From Azolla caroliniana (taxonomy: Eukaryota > Plantae > Polypodiophyta), in contig JBHGNT010000013.1 in the NCBI GenBank assembly GCA_043228905.1, positions 13,702,001 through 13,766,000 of the forward strand: 64,000 nt of DNA, read 5' to 3'. The notes under the pieces are model-generated. The model was not told the origin of the DNA, searched no databases, and worked only from the letters and a program-made list of their open reading frames with translations. This document shows positions 51,501 to 64,000 of this stretch, in pieces. The position numbers were made by a program, and so were the translations under genes. Position 1 is the first letter of the stretch. The number at the start of each line of letters is the position of its first letter.

Positions 51501-52925
51501 CCGACTTCTACAAAAAAGGAAGATGGCCAATCAATACAAATCACGGATGGAAGATTCGTGCGGCAACAAAGTCTACGGAGGACTTGTACAGAGCTTGTCC
51601 CAATGTCAAAGTCACGATCGGGGATGTGGAGATGGATCAACACTTCTTCATGCAAGAATTGGCATCGCATCCTGTCATCCTAGGACAATCGTATATCACA
51701 TCATCTCGGATGGAGACCAAAGTGTTCGATAATGGAGCAGCCTTCGCACAAATAAAGAGTCTTGACAACCAAAGATTGGTCCAATTCCTAACGGTGCGAG
51801 CCAATCATGAAAGGAATCGAGATAGTCTCGGAGGCAAATCGTCAGATTTTTAGAGCAGACTATTGAAGCATGGGGCACAAATAGTCCGAGCAATCACAAG
51901 ACCCCACAAGAAAGAAGAGTGCGTGGATTGCGAGGAGAAGCAACATGTGTCACACCTAGTGGCGCATGTAGACTTGTACTACCCAACAAGAAGGACAAGC
52001 GTCGGATACAAGAATTCGAGAAGATGCTCAGAAAGAAGAAAACATAATAGAAGAGGAGAGTTCGTGACTCATATTATGGAAGAAGCCTCATTTAACGACA
52101 CCATCGACGAAATCGAGGAAGTCGTGGACTTGAGCTATCTTCACGATCATTACGTGATTTCAGTTAACTCTGTCAACATGTATGCTATCATCGATGAATA
52201 CCGTCGTGGTATCTCGATGAAGGAAGCTGACATCAACATGAAATATAAAACGGTGGATAAGAAGATCAAGCCAGTTGCGGTTCCACTACTGGAAGATAGT
52301 TGGCAAAAGATGAAGGAAGTCGCTAACGATCCAAGTTTAAGAGATCCGAAGACGATAGGTCATCTCTTCACCAAAGAGACGAAGGGGAAGCTACGAGTTG
52401 GAAAGGAGGATTTCCTTCTCCCTGAAGAGGAGCGAATGTTTCGCGATATGCTTGAGAGACATGGGAAGCCTTTCGCATTCTTCCCACGAGAAATTGGATG
52501 TGCCGACCCAAAGGTTATAGAGCCGATGGTGATCTTCACGGTGCCTCATGTGCCTTGGAATTTGAAACCGATACCGGTTCCAAGAGCACACCTTCCAAAG
52601 CTGATCGAGCTCTTAAGGGAGAAGGTGAGTATGGGAATTCTAGAACCGTCGAACGCTCCTTATTCCAATAGGTGGTTCACGGTGCCGAAGAAGAATGGAT
52701 CATTGTGATTCATCCAAGATCTTCACCCTGTCAACAAGGTGACAATTCGAAATGCCGGAATTGGTCTGAGCGTGGATGAATTTGCCGAAGAGTTTGCGGG
52801 CCGGTCCATCTACTCCATTGGCGATCTCTACTCCGGATATGACCAATTCCAATTGGCGATCGACAGTCGGGACATTACAACCATGAGGACTCCAATCGAG
52901 CTTGTGCAGATGTGTACCTTACCCC
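48516..52925 (+). mobile_element. Phygy-3: 5' LTR 48516-49590, PBS-Trp 49599-49616, decayed gag-PR and RT start
   Basis: 13-bp terminal inverted repeats tgtcgtgaagatt/aatcttcacgaca. Proteins are homologous to Phygy-1, with stops at 50084, 50546 and 52706. Confidence 0.92.
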
Positions 52926-53377
52926 TGTCAGGAATAGTACTAAAACAGAGATGGAATTAGTACTAAGAATAGCAGTACTATTAGTACTAAGAGGACGGGA
53001 CTGTGTAAGATTCCCGAGAGAGGAAGTGAGAAGAGGAGAGAGAGAGAGAGATATCGAGAATGAGAGAGAGAGAGAGATGATGACAGCAGCTATATATTAT
53101 GTGAAAAGATAAGTACAAGCGGCTAAGAGGCTTAAGACTGGCGTTGAACCAATTTGGTTCAAAACAATGCCTTGTGCCTCCTTTTATAGTGTTTTTAGGA
53201 ATAATCCTGAAGCTTCTAGAATGTTCCAGAGAGATCTGGAATATACATCAATTTTCTATGATAAAGTATAAATGAAAATAATATCCTACAAAATACAATT
53301 CATAATCTAATGGTAAGAGCTCGACCCATGTAGCATAAAGTCATGGGTTCAAGTCTTGCCATGACACTATCTCCCCC

Positions 53378-56328
53378 TTAAAGACGACGAGTGGAACGAG
53401 TCGGCGCTAATTGTGGACCGGGTTTGTCCGGATACTTTCGGTGGAAATCAGCAAGAAGATCTTGTGCATTGGCAACATTCTCGACGGGTTCCCAAGTACG
53501 TTCGCTCGGACTATAACCGAGCCAATCGACCAAGTAATAAAGTTTGTTGCGAACAAGTTTGGAATCGAGGATGGCAGCAACTTCATACTCCGGGCCGGCG
53601 TCCAACTCCAGCGAGGGCGGCGGTGGTGTCACACGATCGGGAATGGTGTTTGCTTTATAAGGTTCAAGAAGAGAACAATGGAAAACCGGATGTATCTGAA
53701 GCTGCGGAGGGAGATCCAGGCGGAAGGTGACATCATTAATCTTCCCCGTAATACGGAAAGGACCGAGTCGTCGATAATCCAACTTGTCGCACGGTCGAGT
53801 AGTCTTGATGTGACGATGTAAGAGCCATACTCGATCTCCGATGGCAAAAGAGGAGGGAATCCGATGACGATCCGCATAAGTCTTTTGTGTGTGTTGAGCA
53901 TGACGAAGGTGAGTAGAGAGATCCATCTGGATCTTGCGTAGCCTCTCCAAATGGTCCTCGGCACGAGGGTTGGTAGGTAGCTCCGGAGTGTCGATCACCG
54001 ACCAGCGAGGATGGAAACCGGTATAAGCGAGAAATGGGGAGACCCGAGTCGAGGAGTGAATAGCATTATTATACGCAAACTCCGCAAAGTGGAGAATCTC
54101 GGCCCAATCGTCCTGTTGATAACTCAGGAAACACCGGAGATATTGCTCCAACGTTTGGTTTGTTCGTTCTGCCTGTCCGTCAGTTTGAGGATGGTAGCCG
54201 GAGGAGAGGTTGCAGGAGACCTTGAGCATCCTGAAGAGATGCTGCCAAAATTTGGAGACAAATTGCGGGCCTCGGTCACTGATAATACTGTCTGGTAGGC
54301 CATGATGCCGAAATACCTCACGCATAACAAGAGCGGCAGTTTCCTCGCTAGTGATGGCTTTAGTACATGGCACAAAATGTGCCATCTTCGTATATCGATC
54401 GACGACGATTAGGATAGCATCGAACCCCTTCGAGACCGGCAGATCTGTAATAAAATCAAGACAAATAGACTGCCATGGCTTACTTGGAATTGGTAAAGGT
54501 TCCAACAAGCCATATGGATGGTGTCGTGGCATCTTTGCTCGGCAGCAAGCATCACAAGTCCGAACGTAGTCGTCGACAAAACGGCGCATGTGGGGCCACC
54601 AAAAAGATCGTTGCACTAACTCCAACGTCTTGGTACTACCGAAATGTCCCGCCGTATGGGTGTCGTGACAATGTTGGACAATTTGAAGGCGACAGGAGCA
54701 ATCGGGGACATATACGCGCTTTTTAAAGAATAACAAACCATCATGATATTCGAATTGTCGGTAGTCAATACCTGGTTGTTGAGACTGAGAACAGGATGCC
54801 CGAGAAGTATCAATGTGCGCCAGGATGTCTTGAGCAAAACTATCCGTCTTCAAGGTTGCACGTATGTCATCGGTAATCCGTGAATCCATCGGGGTGTGAA
54901 AAATCCACGTCGTGTGCAGTCGTGTTGGTCCCAAGATTACTTGCTTTTGATTATCAAATGTTGCGTCACCAGGACGAGGTGCAAGATATGAACGCCGTGA
55001 TAGTGCATCTGCTTTTCCTTGCTGCTTCCCCGGTCGATATGTGATTTTGAAGTTGAAACGCGTGAGGAATTGCGCCCACCGAGCTTGCCGTCGATTTAGT
55101 ACGCGAGCGTTCTGAAAATAAGCAAGATTTTTATGATCGCTAAAGACAATGACCTGATGTGGAGAGCCCTCTAAGAAATGCCGCCATTGTACAAATGAAT
55201 CCACGATGGCTAATAACTCCTTGTCATGTATTTCGTAGTTGATTTCTGCGACATTGAATTTGCGCGAATGGAAAGCCACCGGATGCAACTCTTCTTTATC
55301 GCCTTGTTGAGAAAGGATGCTACCGAGGGCGAAATCTGATGCGTCGGCCTCCATGATGAATGGTTTGCTTGTATCCACATGAGCTAGAATCGGTGTTGAT
55401 GTAAAGGCTTTCTTAAGATGCCGAAAAGCCATATCTGCTTCGATGGACCAAAGAAATGCTTGGCCCTTCTTCGTAAGTTGTGTGAGAGGTAAAATAATCT
55501 TCGAGTAATCCTGTATAAACTTACGGTAGAAGTTAGCAAAGCCTAGAAAACATTGTACATCTCGTACCGACCGTGGAATTTGCCACTCTAGTACAGTTTG
55601 GATTTTAGCTGGATCCATGGCGATGCCCTTTGAGGAGATGACGTAGCCTAGAAATTCCACTTGCTTGCAGTCAAAGCTACATTTCTCTAGCTTGGCATAA
55701 AGACCATTCTCGCGGAGTCGCTTTAGTACTAATAGTACATGAGAATCGTGCTCTTCCTGGGTCTTCGAATAAATCAACAGATCATCCAGATAAATGATCA
55801 AACAGATATCCAAGAGGTCTCTGAATATATCATTTGCCATGTGTTGGAAGATTGCGGGTGCATTGGTTAGGCCAAACGGCATAACAGTATACTCGAAATG
55901 CCCATACCGCGTGCGAAAAGCGGTCTTCCACTCATCTCCCGGTCGGATCCGCACGAGATTATACGCTCCTCGTAGGTCGATTTTAGTAAAAAACTTGGCA
56001 CCATTAACTCGCTCTAAAAGACTTGATATAAGAGGAAGTGCATACCTATTCCGGGTGGTGACTTTATTCAATCCGCGGTAATCAACGACAAGACGAAGTG
56101 AGCCATCTTTCTTCTTGACAAAGAAGATGGGTGCACCGGCCGGAGATTTCGAATGACGGATGAACCCGCTTGCCAAGTTCTCCTCTATGTAGGCTCGAAG
56201 GACTTCTAACTCGGTGGGTGACAAGTTGTAAATTGGTCCCCAAGGTGGCTCGGTTCCTGGTTGTAAATCGATGGGACAGTCATAGGGACGGTGATGAGGA
56301 AGGGTACCGGCTTTTACCTTGTCAAATA
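53378..56328 (-). CDS. pol: Tcn1-2 Pol RT-RH-IN-chromodomain, split from its protease part by Copia E
   Basis: Same motifs as Tcn1-1; continues at 62542. Confidence 0.93.
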
Positions 56329-56603
56329 TGTTAAGAAAACGTGAAGAAAGCACTCGGGCTCTTCTTTTGTATGCGCGGCGGATCGTAGTGTGTTGGATCG
56401 TTAGCGTGCTCTAAACAGACAGAGAAAGGAAAGGGGACTTACCTCTGTAGTAGCAAAATGGTTTTCTTCTATTACATGTAGAGCTCAACTTGCTCTCGTC
56501 AGTCTTCTGGTCTCTCACTCTCTCAGAGTTCTCTACTCACTATTCTCTGTTTTTTCTTACTACTACTCTCTTACTTTTTACCTAAGTAATAAGTTACTTA
56601 CGT

Positions 56604-57372
56604 TGTCGTAGTGTATTTTGTACACTACGTGAAAAACTTATAAAGTACCAATTTAATAAATATGAATAAATAGTAGAAAATATTAAAATTTATATAACAT
56701 GCATAGGGCAAGATTCGAACCTTGCACCTCCATGTTAATAATGTAATGTCTTACCATTACACTAGCATTTCATTTGTGTTTAAAAATAGATGTTCCACAT
56801 AGAAAGCTTAGTTCACCTAGGATAAACTTTAGTTAAAAGAAAACGCATGCTAAAAGAAAAAGCTACACATGCACATCTAGCGTGCATGAACGCTATAGTT
56901 GATAAAAAAAACGCACAAGTTAGAAAAAGCATGATCACTTTAGATAAAGCATATAGTCTATCTATAGGAAAAGCATGGAGTCTATAGTTAGAAAAAAAAA
57001 AAGCATGGACTCCCTCATCACTACATAAGGATGGGGAGCACAATGTAATAGGTGTGTGAAATATTTGGAAATTGGATATATTTCCGAAAACACCAACCGA
57101 TTAATATAATCGTGGGATTCACGAAAATAATATAATCTATACTTGTGGGATTCACAAGTTTCTTATATCTTTCTTTCAATCTAAATACATATTCTTATCT
57201 AAATATTGATTAATCGAATACAATACACTCGTGGGATTCACGAAATTTCTATCTCTCTTTGTAATAATCTATTCATTACTAGCCTCAACTCATATTCTTC
57301 TTTCTCCTAGTCCAAAACCTCAGTGGTTCCCACCCGACTCACGCAAACGATCCGGAGCCGAAAGGCACGACA
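56604..57372 (+). repeat. Solo LTR related to Phygy-1
   Basis: TGTCGTAGTGT..GGCACGACA termini and TSD acgt. The empty site is visible in the sister LTR at 62336-62339. Confidence 0.95.
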
Positions 57373-57573
57373 ACGTATGCAGCTAATTAGCTGCCTGTAG
57401 CTAATTAGCTGTCAGTAGCTAATTAGTTGTCAGTCGTTAAATAGCTGTCAGTAGCTAATTAGTTGTTTCTCCTTTATGTTCACAAGTAGCTAAATAGCTA
57501 CTATAGCTTATTTCCTAATAAGCATCACATACCATGTTGAGCTTGCTTCTCAACACTCCCCCTCAAGCTCAAC

Positions 57574-60500
57574 TTATCCTTTCTTGGGGTTATCTACCAC
57601 TTCTTTTCCATGATGCTTTTCAGCCATCATATCAGTGTCTACAACTCCCATAATGTTCCGAAACTGTGTATGCTTTTCCACACTCAATCCCTTTGTGAGA
57701 ATATCAGCAACCTGCTGATTTGTATTCACATACACCAGATCAACTTCTCCTTCAATCACTTTTTCTCTAACAAAGTGATAATGCACTTCAATGTGCTTTG
57801 TTCTTGCATGGAACACTGGGTTTTTTGCAAGCTGAATGTTGCTCATGTTGTCACACCAAATTGTGACAGTACCATCTATATACTCTCCCAAATCAGCAAG
57901 CAATCTTCTGATCCATACCTCTTCACAAGTGGCTATGGCAGCTCCTCTGTACTCGGCTTCAGTACTAGTCAATGCAACAATAGCTTGTTTCTTGCTACTC
58001 CATGAAATACCTGCACTTCCCAATGTAAATATATATCCACTTGTGGATCTTCTATCTGTTTGGCTTCCAGCCCAATCAACATCTGTATATCCTTCTAGAT
58101 TTATGTCCAAATCAGCCCTGTAAAACAATCCATAGTTTTGAGTAGCTTTTACATACCTCAGAATTCTTCTAATGCAATCCAAATGCAGCTTTGTTGGCTA
58201 TTGCATAAATTGGCTGACTAATCCAACTGCATAACTCAAATCAGGTCTTGTTATGGTCAAATAAATAAGGCTGCCCACCATAGACCTGTACATGTTTACA
58301 TCTTCTATCTTGGCTCCCAAATCAGCCCTCAACTTGCAGTTTTTATCAAGTGGTACAGCAATAGGTTTGCATCCAAGCATACCATACTTTTTCAACATAG
58401 TTGTTGCATACTGTTTTTGCAACATACATATACCACTTTCAGATCTGATGATTTCAATACCAAGAAAATATCTCAGATCTCCCAAATCTTTCATATGAAA
58501 CTGCATTTCCAGATTTTTTTCCAACTTTCTTATTTCATCCACGGAATCTCCTCCAATAATCAAATCATCTACATAAATCAGAATAATAACGATGCAATCA
58601 TTTTCACTTTTTACATACAAAGAAGGATCAGCTTTTGACATTTTGAAACCAAGATTTTTCAGAGAATCTGAAAGTTCTCTGTGCCATGCTCTTGGTGCCT
58701 GTTTCAGTCCATAGAGAGCTTTTTTCAGCTTACATACATAATCAGGATGTTTCTTATCTTCAAAACCTGGTGGTTGACTCATATACACTTCTTCTTCCAA
58801 GTTACCATGTAAAAAAGCATTTTTTACATCCATGTGATGCAAAATCCATTTTCTGGCTGCTCCTACAGCAAGTAGTGTTCTCAAGGTTGCCATCTTTGCA
58901 ACCGGTGCAAAAGTCTCATCATAATCAATCCCTTGCATCTGAGCATATCCTTTTGCAACCAATCTTGCTTTATGTCTACTTACATTCCCATTGGAGTCAT
59001 GCTTTGTCTTGTAGACCCATTTGCAGCCTACCACATTTTTCTCTTTTGGTAACTTCACTAAATCCCACGTTTTGTTCTCAGCCAATGCATCAATCTCTTC
59101 TTGCATTGCATCCATCCATTTCTTCTCAGATTTTGCTTCTTCAAAGCTGTTTGGGTCAGGGATCTGTACCACCTTAGACATATATGCATAGTGCATAGCC
59201 ATATATGTATCATACCCAAATCTTTCCACAGTCTTTTTCTCTCTATCTGATCTTCTCAGTTTCTGATTTGCATTCTTTATTGCCTTTTCCATACCAGGGA
59301 TTTTCATTTCCTGTATTCCAAGGAAATCATCCAAAGACATATCTGAATCTTCATCTTCCATGTTTTTTGATAGGTCATCCGGGATTTCATACTCTGGCAT
59401 TTTCTGTTTTCCTTTTTTGTCATCAGATTTTTTCTGTCCAGTTTTTCCACTCCATGAATTTGAATCAGATTTACCATCTGAGCTTTTTGATGGTCCAGAA
59501 CATTCTGTTGATGTTGGACTTTGTTGTCCAACCTTGTCTCCATCTCTGTGACAGTCTTCTACATTTTCTGATCTGTCTTTGTCTTCATTTTGACAGTCTT
59601 CATCAGTCTCTAGATTCTGTTTTGGGCTGTACCAACTAGCCAACTCATCAAATATCACATCTCGACTTGTCACAATCTTTTTAGTCACAGGGTTATAACA
59701 TCTGTACCCTTTTTGTTCTTCTGAATATCCAACAAAGATACATTTTTCTGCTTTTGGATCCAACTTACTTCTTACTTCTGCAGGCACATGTACATATGCA
59801 AGGCATCCAAACACTTTCAAGTGTTGTAAGCTAGGCTTCCTGCCATAAAAACACTCTTCAGGAGTTGCCTCATGTACTCCTGATGTAATACATCTATTTA
59901 AAATGTAATTTGCTGTATTTACAGCTTCTGCCCAATAGTATAATGGCATGTTCTTCTCAGTCATCATTGCCCTTGCTATGTTCACCAAAGTTCTGTTTTT
60001 CCTCTCAGCAACTCCATTTTGCTGTGGAGTATATCGGCATGTGAACTGTCTTCTTATTCCCTGATTACACAAAAAATCAGAAAATTCATTGGAGAAATAC
60101 TCTCCTCCTCCATCAGATCTTAAACATTTTATTCTTGTACCTGCCTGCTTTTCTACCATGCATTTAAACTTACGAAAACAGTCAAATACTTCACTTTTCT
60201 CCTTCATGAAGTACACCCATGTCTTCCGTGAACAATCATCAATAAATGTAACATAAAATATGCATCCACCAATAGATGCATTCTTTGTTGGTCCCCATAC
60301 ATCTGTATGTACCAAATCCAACAGATTTTTGCTTACATGTCTCTCATGAGGGAATGGCAACCTGTTTTGCTTACCATATTGACATGCTTCACATACTTTT
60401 CCCATTTCACACTTTTTCAAGTTTGGCAGTCCAGCCACTGCATCTTTTCTCAACATATTCTTTAATGTTTGCATACTTATATGGCCAATCCTTTTATGCC

Positions 60501-61920
60501 ACATTTCCACATCTGAGATTACACTCGTTCCATTTGCAAACATGGCTGAAAACTGTTTGGGCATTTCTACATCCAAGATAAACATTCTTCCTTGTCTCTT
60601 CCCTTTTGCAATGAGCTTCCCATTCTTTTCTATATAGCATCCACTTTGCTTAAACTTCACTTGCATACCTTGCTCTACAATCTGTCCAACAGAAATCAGA
60701 TTCTTAGCAAGGTTTGGAACATGCATCACATTCAACATATACTTGGTTTTTCCTCTTTCTTCCCACAATGGGATATCTCCAACATGTTTTATTTGGTGAG
60801 TTGTGTCATCACCTGTTTGTACATAACCAGGAACCTCTGGTTCTCTTAAACTCTCAAACCAATTTGCATGTCCAGTCATATGGTTAGATGCCCCCGAGTC
60901 TACATACCACGTAAACTCTTCATTACATTTCTGTGAGCTTTCAGCCACTGCTGCTATCTCATGTTGCACTACAAAAACACCTTCCTTTTCACAATCCTCA
61001 CTAGTAGAGGCATAGTTACTCTGTTGTCCTTTTCCTCTTTTCTCATCATTTTGTTTCTAGTAACATTCAGCCTGTGTATGGCCTGGTTTACCACAATACC
61101 AGCAGCCGTCATCATTTACATAAGTTTGCTTACCTCTACCTCGGTTGCTCCCCCTGCCTCTGTTGTTGTTTCCTCCTCTATGAGCTTGTTGTCCTCTTCC
61201 TTGAAAGCCATTATTATTGGTTCTTCCTGAGCCAAATCTTCCATGGCCTCTTCCTCGGCCTCTTCCGGCATTATTATAGAGGGCTTGCCCCTCGTTCTCT
61301 GAGTTTCCTTTATTTGCATCATCCATCTGATTCCTTTCCTCTACCACAAGCATTGAGACCAGATCTGAAAAACTTGGGATACTATCCCTTGTGAGCATAG
61401 AAGTTTTAAAACTCTTGTATTGAGGTCCTAAGCCTCTTAAGCATATTTCCACTTTGTCATCATCTTCTATCTTCACATTGATAGAAGCAAGTGATTCACA
61501 TATACTCTTGATTTTTAGGGCATATTCATTTATTGACATTTTACCTTTCTCCAAGGTATTTAGCTCAGTCTTTAACTGGAGCTTTCTAGCCTTTGTGTTC
61601 ACAGCAAACAGTTTTACCAAGTTGTCCCAAGCTTCTTTTGGGAGCATAGCATCTTGTATATGCCCAAGCATTGAATCTGAGATGCTGAGTGATAGCCAAT
61701 GCATTACTTTCCTTGCCCCTTGATTCCAATCTTTAAATGCCTTAATATGTGCAGCTGTTGCATTCTCTTCTGGGATCTCTAGAGCCTCTTCTAGGTCTCC
61801 TTCAATGTAATCCCAGTATCCTTTCCCCATCAGAAAGTTTGTCATTCTGAATTTCCACGCCGGGAAATTGTTTTTATCTAATTTCTCTGTGACCATTTGG
61901 CCTACATTCTCTGCAGCCAT
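57574..61920 (-). pseudogene. gag-pol: Copia E gag-pol, single frame with two TAG stops (61057, 58198)
   Basis: CWYCGKPGHTQAEC, YVDSGASNH, YVDDL and YTDVDWAG motifs. Confidence 0.95.
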
Positions 61921-62541
61921 TTTTTTCCTTCCAAAAAACCAGGGTTTTGCTTTAGTTACTTCAACAAGTAACTTTCTGATTTCTGATCAGCAACCAGAGA
62001 AATAACTTTCTCAGATTAAGGCACTGCTATACTCTTCCTTACGAGCTACTCCGCTCTGATACCATGTTAAGAAAACGTGAAGAAAGCACTCGGGCTCTTC
62101 TTTTGTATGCGCGGCGGATCGTAGTGTGCTGGATCGTTAGCGTGCTCTAAACAGACAGAGAAAGGAAAGGGGACTTACCTCTGTAGTAGCAAAATGGTTT
62201 TCTTCTATTACATGTAGAGCTCAACTTGCTCTCGTCAGTCTTCTGGTCTCTCACTCTCTCAGAGTTCTCTACTCACTATTCTCTGTTTTTTCTTACTACT
62301 ACTCTCTTACTTTTTACCTAAGTAATAAGTTACTTACGTATGCAGCTAATTAGCTGCCTGTAGCTAATTAGCTGTCAGTCGCTAATTAGCTGTCAGTAGC
62401 TAATTAGTTGTCAGTCGCTAAATAGCTGTCAGTAGCTAATTAGCTGTTTCTCCTTTATGTTCACAAGTAGCTAAATAGCTACTATAGCTTATTTCCTAAT
62501 AAGCATCACATACCATGTTGAGCTTGCTTCTCAACAAAATA

Positions 62542-63160
62542 CATCGGCATAAGGATGATATTTTGCCGGAAGTTGTATTGAGGAGTCCTTAATAGTGCTA
62601 GAAGGATGTACTGATATGGCAAATAGGAACATTGCCTCCTTGGGTCCTTCTTCGCGTAGTTGATGGAGTGAAATGGTCGAAACTCGGTGAGTTGATTCTT
62701 GGGGTGGTCGATATCGGACTTCTCTTGTTCTCCAATCTATGGCTGGATTATGTAATTCAAGCCAAGGTAATCCTAGGACAATGGGATGCTCTGGACTACT
62801 AATTATATTAAATGATATTATACACACAAAACTACCTAGGACAACTTGAATGGGTTCTGATTCTTCTACAATATTCCCGGAAGCAATGGGACGACCATCA
62901 ATGACCACTACAGATGCGGGACAAGGAAGTTTTCTTAAGGATATCTGAGAAGCTTGGGCAAAATTTCGATCCATGAAACAGGAATTAGCTCCGGAATCTA
63001 AAAGTGCTAGGACGGGTACTGGGGGAGTACTTTTAGTACTAACAATGACTTGGGCTAGGAACACATTGCTAACTTGCTTGGAAGGAATGGAACCACTAAT
63101 GGGCTGTACAGATCTAGGGCTGCTGTCCAACCAAATGGCTCCTATTTTGGCTGGACGCAA
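62542..63160 (-). CDS. pol: Tcn1-2 protease region
   Basis: LLDSGANSCF and LGLPWL motifs. Confidence 0.9.
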
Positions 63161-64000
63161 TCGTTTAACTCTTCATCTAATTGACTAAGGATTTCAAATT
63201 TATTTGTAATACTTGGGCTATTAGTATTATGAATACTATCTGACACTCTATTAGTACTATTAATACTATCAGACACTCCGAAGGGAAGAATTGACTCGGG
63301 TTTAGTACAGGCGACGATTTGATTTGCCTGTCTTCTTGGCCTATGGGGACAATTGATGGCGATATGTCTTGGTCCACCGCAATAAAGACATAATCGATTG
63401 GCACGTCGTCGTTGCTTTTCTTCTTCCGATAACGGGCCGCGTCGACGCATGGTATCGATCTCCATCGGTGTCGAAGTATTTGCTTGAGGTATGTCTCGTG
63501 CAAACGGTTTAGCCGCGACTGCGGCGTAAGTGGGCTCTGGCCTAGAGCGTGGTATCTGTAATTGACGTTCTGAACGCCGTTCAAAAAGGCGGTTGTCACA
63601 TCGAACTGCTCGACTGATTGCCTCCGTAAGAGACTTTGGTTCTTCGGGGAAAGTTAGAAGTAGATCTTTGACATCGTTTCGCAAGCCATAGCGAAACTGC
63701 TCCATTAGTGCTTGATCATCCCAGGGTATATCTGAAGCAAGTAGGCGGAAATCCGCCGCGTAGGCAGAGGCTGGACGATCGCCTTGACGCAATCGCCGGA
63801 TCTTGTTGATCGCCGTCCTGATGCTGTCGGTGTCTCCAAAGCAGGCTTTAAACTCACCAATAAAATCTTCAAAGTTATTAAGTAAGGGTGATTGTTTCTC
63901 TAGAAGCGGAGCAAACCATGCCAAGGCTGAGCCGCTAAGTAGCGTGTCTATTAGGCCGACTCGAGATGCATCAGTGGGATATCGGGAAGGATGCATCTGG
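63142..64000 (-). CDS. gag: Tcn1-2 Gag (N-terminus outside the window)
   Basis: Highly similar to the Tcn1-1 Gag. Confidence 0.92.
   Translation of the reverse strand, partial: QMHPSRYPTDASRVGLIDTLLSGSALAWFAPLLEKQSPLLNNFEDFIGEFKACFGDTDSIRTAINKIRRLRQGDRPASAYAADFRLLASDIPWDDQALMEQFRYGLRNDVKDLLLTFPEEPKSLTEAISRAVRCDNRLFERRSERQLQIPRSRPEPTYAAVAAKPFARDIPQANTSTPMEIDTMRRRGPLSEEEKQRRRANRLCLYCGGPRHIAINCPHRPRRQANQIVACTKPESILPFGVSDSINSTNRVSDSIHNTNSPSITNKFEILSQLDEELNDCVQPK

Larger units (their letters stand above)
56329..62536 (-). mobile_element. Ale-like Copia E; 5' LTR 62065-62536, 3' LTR 56329-57555 (split)
   Basis: TSD aaata, PBS-Met 62053-62064, PPT 57556-57566. LTRs carry 18-bp agctaattagctgtcagt repeats. 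Confidence 0.96.
52926..64000 (-). mobile_element. Tcn1-2 chromovirus (3' LTR 52926-53366; 5' end beyond the window)
   Basis: LTR, pol and gag are homologous to Tcn1-1. PPT at 53367-53379. Confidence 0.95.

Noticed and set aside
56701-56766. Functional tRNA genes in LTRs
   Set aside because: Anticodon and acceptor arms do not fold canonically, so these are reported only as tRNA-like modules.

Overview
Gene-free, heterochromatin-like plant DNA made almost entirely of nested LTR retrotransposons. The lineage mix (Tcn1-like chromoviruses, tRNA-Trp-primed Phygy-like Gypsy, Tork- and Ale-like Copia) points to a non-seed plant such as a moss; this is an inference. Nesting was reconstructed from LTR termini, PBS/PPT and TSDs. 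A decayed Tork-like Copia A (2596-5050) is interrupted by a Gypsy-LTR-headed GC-rich element H, which survives as pieces 5051-6384, 11710-13042, 46984-47097 and 47544-47578. H contains Copia B (6385-11704) and Copia C (13288-46983). C contains Copia D (13778-42123, minus). D contains Phygy-1 (14307-27311, itself holding an apparently intact Tcn1-1 at 18638-24377) and an Athila/Tat-type Gypsy O (27846-37298). A second stack is Phygy-2 (47579-) > Phygy-3 (48516-) > Tcn1-2 (52926-) > Copia E (56329-62536) > solo LTR (56604-57372). Most notable observations: (1) element O has no polypurine tract but a tRNA-Arg-3'-end mimic (an inverted second PBS) 2 nt before its 3' LTR; (2) antisense tRNA-like A-box/B-box modules are built into LTRs of two unrelated Gypsy lineages; (3) the Phygy-like family makes 4-bp, CG-centred TSDs. 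Also seen: self-priming and -1 frameshift signals, extra ORFs, and a recent 645-bp identical block. All coordinates were read by eye and family names come from motif recall, not database searches.
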